From: an uncultured Gammaproteobacteria bacterium
GTDB lineage: Bacteria; Patescibacteriota; Patescibacteriia; UBA9934
Reading direction: 5' to 3'
Assembly: GCA_964599455.1 (NCBI GenBank)
Contig: CAZREA010000001.1
Coordinates: 71,687-135,686, forward strand
Length of the DNA stretch: 64,000 nt
The stretch's first letter is position 1. Each line of letters begins with the position of its first letter. Below, in pieces: positions 59,297-64,000 of this stretch. Below the pieces are notes generated by a model. The model was not told the origin of the DNA. It ran no database searches and saw only the letters and a program-made list of their open reading frames with translations. The position numbers and the translations under genes were made by a program.

Positions 59297-59830
59297 ATGC
59301 CAGCAAAAATAAGATTCCTTAATCCGGTGTGGCGAGAAATGGCCGAACTAGCTCTTCAAGAGCAGACAGAGCGTGTGAGGGAGCTAGGAGCATCCATGCG
59401 TGACCACGCGGAAATCAGTCGTACCCTTCTTTCCGCATCATCGTTCAATGGAATAAAGGGCTCTGAAGACCGAATAGCTGAGCGTGTGACGAACAGCCTG
59501 ACCGACCTCTTTGTGACTGCAGGTGGTGCCGATCGTGTCGTCTTCGTCGTCTCGGATAATACTTTGCGGCGCTGGCCATCCACCGCAACGGGAATGCTGC
59601 TCAGTGCGCAACGCAGGAAGTTGATCGAGTCCCTATCTCACGAATTTACTTCTCCAAAAACTCTGGCAGCACGTTCGGGTTTTAAGAATGCTGTCGGCGT
59701 GCAACAGGCGGTAGCAAAGATCAAGCGCAAATTTCAAGCGACGTTCGGATTGTCGACACCTTTCATTGAAGGACGGGAGGGCTACGGATACAGACTCGCC
59801 GAAGCATACAGCCTGATCGACACCGCTTAA
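59297..59830 (+). CDS. Hypothetical protein with C-terminal winged HTH, divergent from the repressor
   Basis: QRRKLIE.L..TSPKTLA..SG....VQQAV.KIKRK..FIEG..G.GYRL resembles a wHTH. Confidence 0.65.
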   Translation: MPAKIRFLNPVWREMAELALQEQTERVRELGASMRDHAEISRTLLSASSFNGIKGSEDRIAERVTNSLTDLFVTAGGADRVVFVVSDNTLRRWPSTATGMLLSAQRRKLIESLSHEFTSPKTLAARSGFKNAVGVQQAVAKIKRKFQATFGLSTPFIEGREGYGYRLAEAYSLIDTA

Positions 59831-59856
59831 CCCAACATCCTGCGGACAAGGTTTGG

Positions 59857-59883
59857 AAACAGCCGAAAAGACGGCTGTTTTTT
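59857..59883 (+). terminator. Intrinsic terminator
   Basis: AAACAGCCG-AAAAGA-CGGCTGTTT followed by TTT. Confidence 0.7.
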
Positions 59884-59946
59884 GTATTGGAGCGGAGGCT
59901 CGGGTTAATCGACGGTTAAGCGGTGAGTGCGGGAAAATTTCTGCAT

Positions 59947-61242
59947 ATGAAAACCCAATCAACAGCCAAGCTCACATGGCGAACCGAGAAGCGGCGCGTC
60001 ACGGATCTCGTGCCAAACGACAAGAACCCTCGGGTCATGAGCCCGAAGCAGGTCGAGGATCTCACGAATAGCCTCAAGAAATTCAATCTCGTTGAAATCC
60101 CCGTCATCGACGCGGACGACAAGGTGCTCGCAGGCCATCAACGCCTGGCCGTACTGAAACTCCTTGGACGTGAGGACGAGGAAATCGAAGTGCGTGTACC
60201 GAATCGCAAGCTCACACAATCTGAATACGACCAATACCTTCTCACGAGCAATCGCGTCCACGGTGATTGGGATTGGTCAAAGCTCGCGGAAGGATTCGAT
60301 ATCGATCTGCTGCTCGACGTCGGGTTCGACAGCGAAGACATCGCTAATATCTGGGATGAGACGCTTGAGACGGAAGACGATGAGTTCGATGTGGCGAAGG
60401 AAATCGCCGCAATTAAGAAGCCCGTAACTAAACCGGGAACGCTTTACGCGCTTGGCTCACATCGTCTGCTCTGCGGAGACTCAACCAAGACCGAGGAAGT
60501 GAGGCTGCTCGTTAGCAAACGTGAAGTGGGCTTTATCGCTTGCGATCCCCCGTACAACATCGGGCTCTCTTACGACAAAGGCGTCGGCACTGCTGGGAAG
60601 TACGGAGGACACAAGACCAACGACAGCCTGAGCGACAAGGACTATCGCGCATTCATCAGGAAGACGATGGAGAACGCACTCGGCGTCGCAAGGCACGACG
60701 TCCACGCCTTCTATTGGTGCGACGAGTCCTACATCTATCTCATGCAGGAACTGTTCCGCGAATTCGGACTTACGAATCGGCGCGTCTGCATTTGGCTCAA
60801 GGACAACGCAAATCCCACACCGGGCGTTGCTTTCAACAAAGTCAGTGAACCGTGCGTGTACGCAACGCGCGGGAAGCCGTATCTCGCACCCTCCGTTATG
60901 AACCTGAACGAAGTCCTCAATAAAGAAGTTGGTACAGGCAACCAGCTTATCGAGGACGTGCTTGATCTCCTCAACGTATGGCTTGTGAAACGCCTCGCCT
61001 CATCTTCTTACGAACATCCGACGAGCAAGAATCCGACGCTCCACGAAAAGTCATTGCGACGCTGCACTAAGCCAGGTGATTACGTTCTCGACCTATTCGG
61101 TGGAAGCGGTTCGACGCTCATTGCCTGCGAACAGCTCAAACGTCGCGCACTTCTCTGTGAACAGGAGCCGATTTTTTGTGACGTGATCGTAAAGCGATAC
61201 GAAAAACTTACCGGCAAAAAGGCGGAAATCATTAGCTCGTGA
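59947..61242 (+). CDS. ParB-N domain fused to a beta-class N6/N4 DNA methyltransferase (phage type)
   Basis: NPR..L..SL.KF..VE..VID..VLAGHQR, HRLLCGDST, DPPYN, HPT.K, VLDLFGGSGSTLIACE. Confidence 0.93.
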   Translation: MKTQSTAKLTWRTEKRRVTDLVPNDKNPRVMSPKQVEDLTNSLKKFNLVEIPVIDADDKVLAGHQRLAVLKLLGREDEEIEVRVPNRKLTQSEYDQYLLTSNRVHGDWDWSKLAEGFDIDLLLDVGFDSEDIANIWDETLETEDDEFDVAKEIAAIKKPVTKPGTLYALGSHRLLCGDSTKTEEVRLLVSKREVGFIACDPPYNIGLSYDKGVGTAGKYGGHKTNDSLSDKDYRAFIRKTMENALGVARHDVHAFYWCDESYIYLMQELFREFGLTNRRVCIWLKDNANPTPGVAFNKVSEPCVYATRGKPYLAPSVMNLNEVLNKEVGTGNQLIEDVLDLLNVWLVKRLASSSYEHPTSKNPTLHEKSLRRCTKPGDYVLDLFGGSGSTLIACEQLKRRALLCEQEPIFCDVIVKRYEKLTGKKAEIISS

Positions 61243-61245
61243 TTT

Positions 61246-61665
61246 ATGTCGGAAGAAAACCGTATCGAAGTCCGGCAAGCCGAGCAAAAAAAGCTACTGA
61301 TTGATCAGCTTAAGAAGACGCCGATCGTGCAGGTCGCCTGCGAGAAGATCGGCGTCGGTCGCGCCACGTTCTACCGGTGGCTTAAGGACGATCCCGATTT
61401 CGGAAAGCTCGCCAACGAATCCATTACCGAAGGTAACGGCCTCATCAGCGACGTGGCCGAAAGCCAACTTGCGAACCTTATCAAGAGCGGAAACCTCGGA
61501 GCTATCTCGTTTTGGCTCAAACATCGCCACCCCGCCTACCGCAACAAGGTGGAAGTACAAGCTAATGTCCGCCATGAAGACACGCCGCTTACCCCCGAAG
61601 AAATGGAGGTCGTTGCTCAGTCGCTACGGCTCGCACTCACAGGTGATGAGAATCAAGAAAATTAA
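61246..61665 (+). CDS. Terminase small subunit-like HTH protein
   Basis: VQVACEKIGVGRATFYRW.KDD.DF, AES.L..LI..G...AI.FWLK. Directly upstream of TerL. Confidence 0.8.
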   Translation: MSEENRIEVRQAEQKKLLIDQLKKTPIVQVACEKIGVGRATFYRWLKDDPDFGKLANESITEGNGLISDVAESQLANLIKSGNLGAISFWLKHRHPAYRNKVEVQANVRHEDTPLTPEEMEVVAQSLRLALTGDENQEN

Positions 61666-61674
61666 TCCTTACTT

Positions 61675-63204
61675 ATGCAAAGTCAAACAGCTCAACCTAC
61701 CAAAGAGCTCATCGACAGCCTTCTAACGAATCACAAGACCCGCGTTGCGGTCACTCGGGCAAGCCACCTCATGTTTTGTGCAACCTACTTTGCGCATTAC
61801 ACCCAATTTCCATTTGCGGACTTTCACCGGGAGATGTTCGCGCTTAGCGAGCGCGACGACATCCCGCTCTTTATCGTGGAAGCGTTCCGGGGCTCGGGAA
61901 AATCCACCATCATGACGATGTCGCTGCCCATCTGGAGCGTGCTCGGAAAGGATCAGCGGAAGTTCATCATGCTTTTGGGTCAGACGCAGCGACAGGCTAA
62001 ACAGCACTTCATGAACCTCAAGCGCGAACTTGAGACAAATGAACTGCTCCGCAATGACCTGGGACCATTTGAAACTGTTGAGGATGAGTGGGGTTCAAAT
62101 TCAATCGTGCTGACCCGCTACGGCGCGAGGATTACCTGCGCGTCCATGGAACAGCCGATTCGTGGAATGCGTCACGGACGCCATCGTCCCGATCTGGTGA
62201 TCTGTGACGACGTGGAAGACGTATCCTCGGCAAAGACGAAAGAAGGACGCGATAAAGCCTACCAGTGGTTTACGAGCGAGGTGCTCCCCATTGGGGACGA
62301 ACGGACCAAGATCGTTGTGGTGGGAAATCTGGTTCACGAAGATGGACTGCTCTCGCGTTTGGAAAATGCCATTACCAACAAAGAGCGTAAAGGCGTTTTC
62401 AAGAAGTATCCGTTTCTCGACGGCAAGGATAAGCCGCTCTGGAAGAGTCGTTTCCCAACCAAAGAAGACGTGCAGAAGAAAATTGCGTTCGTCGGCGACC
62501 TGATTACCTGGGCGCGCGAATACATGCTCTACATCATCTCGGACGTCGAGCGTGTTATTCATCGCGAATGGCTCCACTATTATGACGAGCTTCCCGGCGT
62601 GAATGGAGACAATTTCAAGTTCGGTGTTATTGGGGTGGATCTCGCCATCTCCCAACGGAGCCGCGCCGACTATACCGCCATCGTTACGGCGATGGTGTAC
62701 AAGAATGGCGACAGCCGAAAGATATATATCTTGCCAAGCCCAATAAACGCGCGTCTGACATTTCCCCGTGCAGTCGAGAAAATCAAGGATACTCACGACG
62801 CGTCGCCACGCCCGAAGAAGACCAAAATCGCTGTTGAATCCGTTGCGTATCAGGCCGCCATGTGGCAGGAACTTAAGCGCCAAGGATACGAAGCCGAGCC
62901 ATACGAGGTACGAGGAAGCGACAAGCGTTCTCGTCTTGCGCTTCTTTCAGAGCCGATTAAGAACGGCACCATTCTTTTCCCGAAGCACGGAGCAAAGGAT
63001 CTTATTAACCAACTCGTAAACTTTGGCGTAGAGCGCCACGACGACCTTGCGGATGCCTTTGCAATCACTGCTTCTTATGGCATGGAGAAGAAGATTAAGA
63101 CATTTGGCGTCTGGGTCATCGACACCAGGCCAGAGCCTCGTTACAGCCTCGGGGACGTGTTCGGTGGCGGATACTGGAATCAGCCCGGAAACTTCCGACG
63201 ATGA
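61675..63204 (+). CDS. Phage terminase large subunit
   Basis: FRGSGKST Walker A, RG.R....RPDLVICDDVE Walker B, GVDLA, VESVAYQ, DK.SR, HDDLADA nuclease motifs. Confidence 0.92.
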   Translation: MQSQTAQPTKELIDSLLTNHKTRVAVTRASHLMFCATYFAHYTQFPFADFHREMFALSERDDIPLFIVEAFRGSGKSTIMTMSLPIWSVLGKDQRKFIMLLGQTQRQAKQHFMNLKRELETNELLRNDLGPFETVEDEWGSNSIVLTRYGARITCASMEQPIRGMRHGRHRPDLVICDDVEDVSSAKTKEGRDKAYQWFTSEVLPIGDERTKIVVVGNLVHEDGLLSRLENAITNKERKGVFKKYPFLDGKDKPLWKSRFPTKEDVQKKIAFVGDLITWAREYMLYIISDVERVIHREWLHYYDELPGVNGDNFKFGVIGVDLAISQRSRADYTAIVTAMVYKNGDSRKIYILPSPINARLTFPRAVEKIKDTHDASPRPKKTKIAVESVAYQAAMWQELKRQGYEAEPYEVRGSDKRSRLALLSEPIKNGTILFPKHGAKDLINQLVNFGVERHDDLADAFAITASYGMEKKIKTFGVWVIDTRPEPRYSLGDVFGGGYWNQPGNFRR

Positions 63205-63206
63205 GT

Positions 63207-63986
63207 CTACTTGTCAGCGGCTGTTACGCCCGTGTAATAGCCGCTCTTGTTTATGATCTGCACCGGTTTTACGGAGTAGGTGGTTGCGTTTTCGTCCATA
63301 TTTGCGAGCTTCGCGAGTGACTTCCAGTCGCGTGTCTCTCCAGTTCCACCGTCGCCAAGAGCATCCTCATTTGTGGCGATGAAGAAGCTCGTGACCTGGC
63401 GTGACTTCATGTCGTAGTCGAGCACCAAATCGTATCCGTTAACTTTGAACGAGTTGTCCCAAGTTGTTGTACCCATGGAGATTTGTAGAGCGGTGGGTTC
63501 AGTTTGCTTGCCGTCGGTGGGCGTACCGAGTTCCTTGCGCGCATCTTCAATTGTCAGCGAGAGGATGTGCGGGGCGTCGACGATGGGCGTTACGGTTTCG
63601 TCAGCAACGGAGGCGTCATTCTGCTCACTCATTCCTTCGATGAAACCAACGATTGCACCGACGCTGATAAGAGCAATGAAAATGATTCCGCAGACCTTGA
63701 GCAAAAGCGTCATCTGGCTCGGCTCCTTCGTCGTTCCACTTGGATCGGGATGCTGGCTATCTAGATCGAGGTAAACGGTATAGTCGTTCTTCGCCATGTA
63801 ATACAAGGCGTACGGAATTACGCCGGTAATCAAAGCAAAGAGACAGGAAAAGGACTTCTTGCGAACAAGCTGCGCACTTGATGAATCTTGTAGCGTGACC
63901 GTGTAACCGTGCTCGACCAACTCTTTGATCTGAGCCTTGAGGTTGTTTGGGTGTTTGTTAACGACCCAAGCGGGGTTGTGAGCCAT
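63207..63986 (-). CDS. Membrane-anchored hypothetical protein (moron-like)
   Basis: Two hydrophobic regions and a C-terminal extracytoplasmic domain. Convergent with TerL. Confidence 0.75.
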   Translation of the reverse strand: MAHNPAWVVNKHPNNLKAQIKELVEHGYTVTLQDSSSAQLVRKKSFSCLFALITGVIPYALYYMAKNDYTVYLDLDSQHPDPSGTTKEPSQMTLLLKVCGIIFIALISVGAIVGFIEGMSEQNDASVADETVTPIVDAPHILSLTIEDARKELGTPTDGKQTEPTALQISMGTTTWDNSFKVNGYDLVLDYDMKSRQVTSFFIATNEDALGDGGTGETRDWKSLAKLANMDENATTYSVKPVQIINKSGYYTGVTAADK

Positions 63987-64000
63987 AGGTGAAGCTTTTG

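Larger units (their letters stand above)
49918..64000. mobile_element. Composite integrated island at tRNA-Asn (three tandem elements; right end outside the window)
   Basis: tRNA 3' core TCGGAGCCA repeated at 50706 and 55380. Contains a recombinase remnant, excisionase-like HTH, CBASS, LexA-like repressor, methyltransferase and terminase. Composition is mosaic. Confidence 0.85.

Noticed and set aside
62101-62883. Long antisense ORF (260 aa) within terL, and similar shadows such as 12995-13498, 50950-51519, 48776-49258 and 26402-26896
   Set aside because: They lie wholly or largely antisense to well-supported genes, show no recognisable motifs and are expected from codon bias.

Overview
Two-part window from what looks like a Patescibacteria/CPR (Parcubacteria-like) genome; the taxon is inferred from gene style, not from a search. 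Bases 1-49,850 are mostly housekeeping backbone: fmt-def-priA, ppa, clpB with a perfect CIRCE operator, gltX, an M23 peptidase, mreB-mreC-mreD-mrdA-greA-lysS-serS-alr-ftsQ-bcp, a UvrD-nuclease fusion with DciA, an H+-type F1Fo ATP synthase operon, tatD, metG, rsmI, ahpC and pepA. The backbone also holds several oddities: a CarF/TMEM189 plasmalogen-desaturase homologue just downstream of clpB, degenerate HyfB/HyfF-like membrane proteins, an ORF6N gene bracketed by and containing copies of one palindrome, two families of dispersed 3'-UTR repeats and an unannotated 45-aa basic ORF. From tRNA-Asn (49,852-49,926) to the end lies a composite island. The tRNA 3' core TCGGAGCCA recurs at 50,706 and 55,380 inside a shared 41-bp att-like repeat, and each core is followed by a terminator-like hairpin. 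This defines three stacked elements: (A) a 788-bp one-gene kinase cassette; (B) a 4.7-kb element with a truncated serine recombinase, an excisionase-like HTH and a nucleotidyltransferase/NUDIX/NUDIX/GrpB operon; (C) an element with a LexA-Cap5(HNH-SAVED)-CD-NTase(AGS-C) CBASS operon and a ParB-methyltransferase/TerS/TerL module with no adjacent portal gene. All family calls come from motif recognition by eye; no database searches were run.
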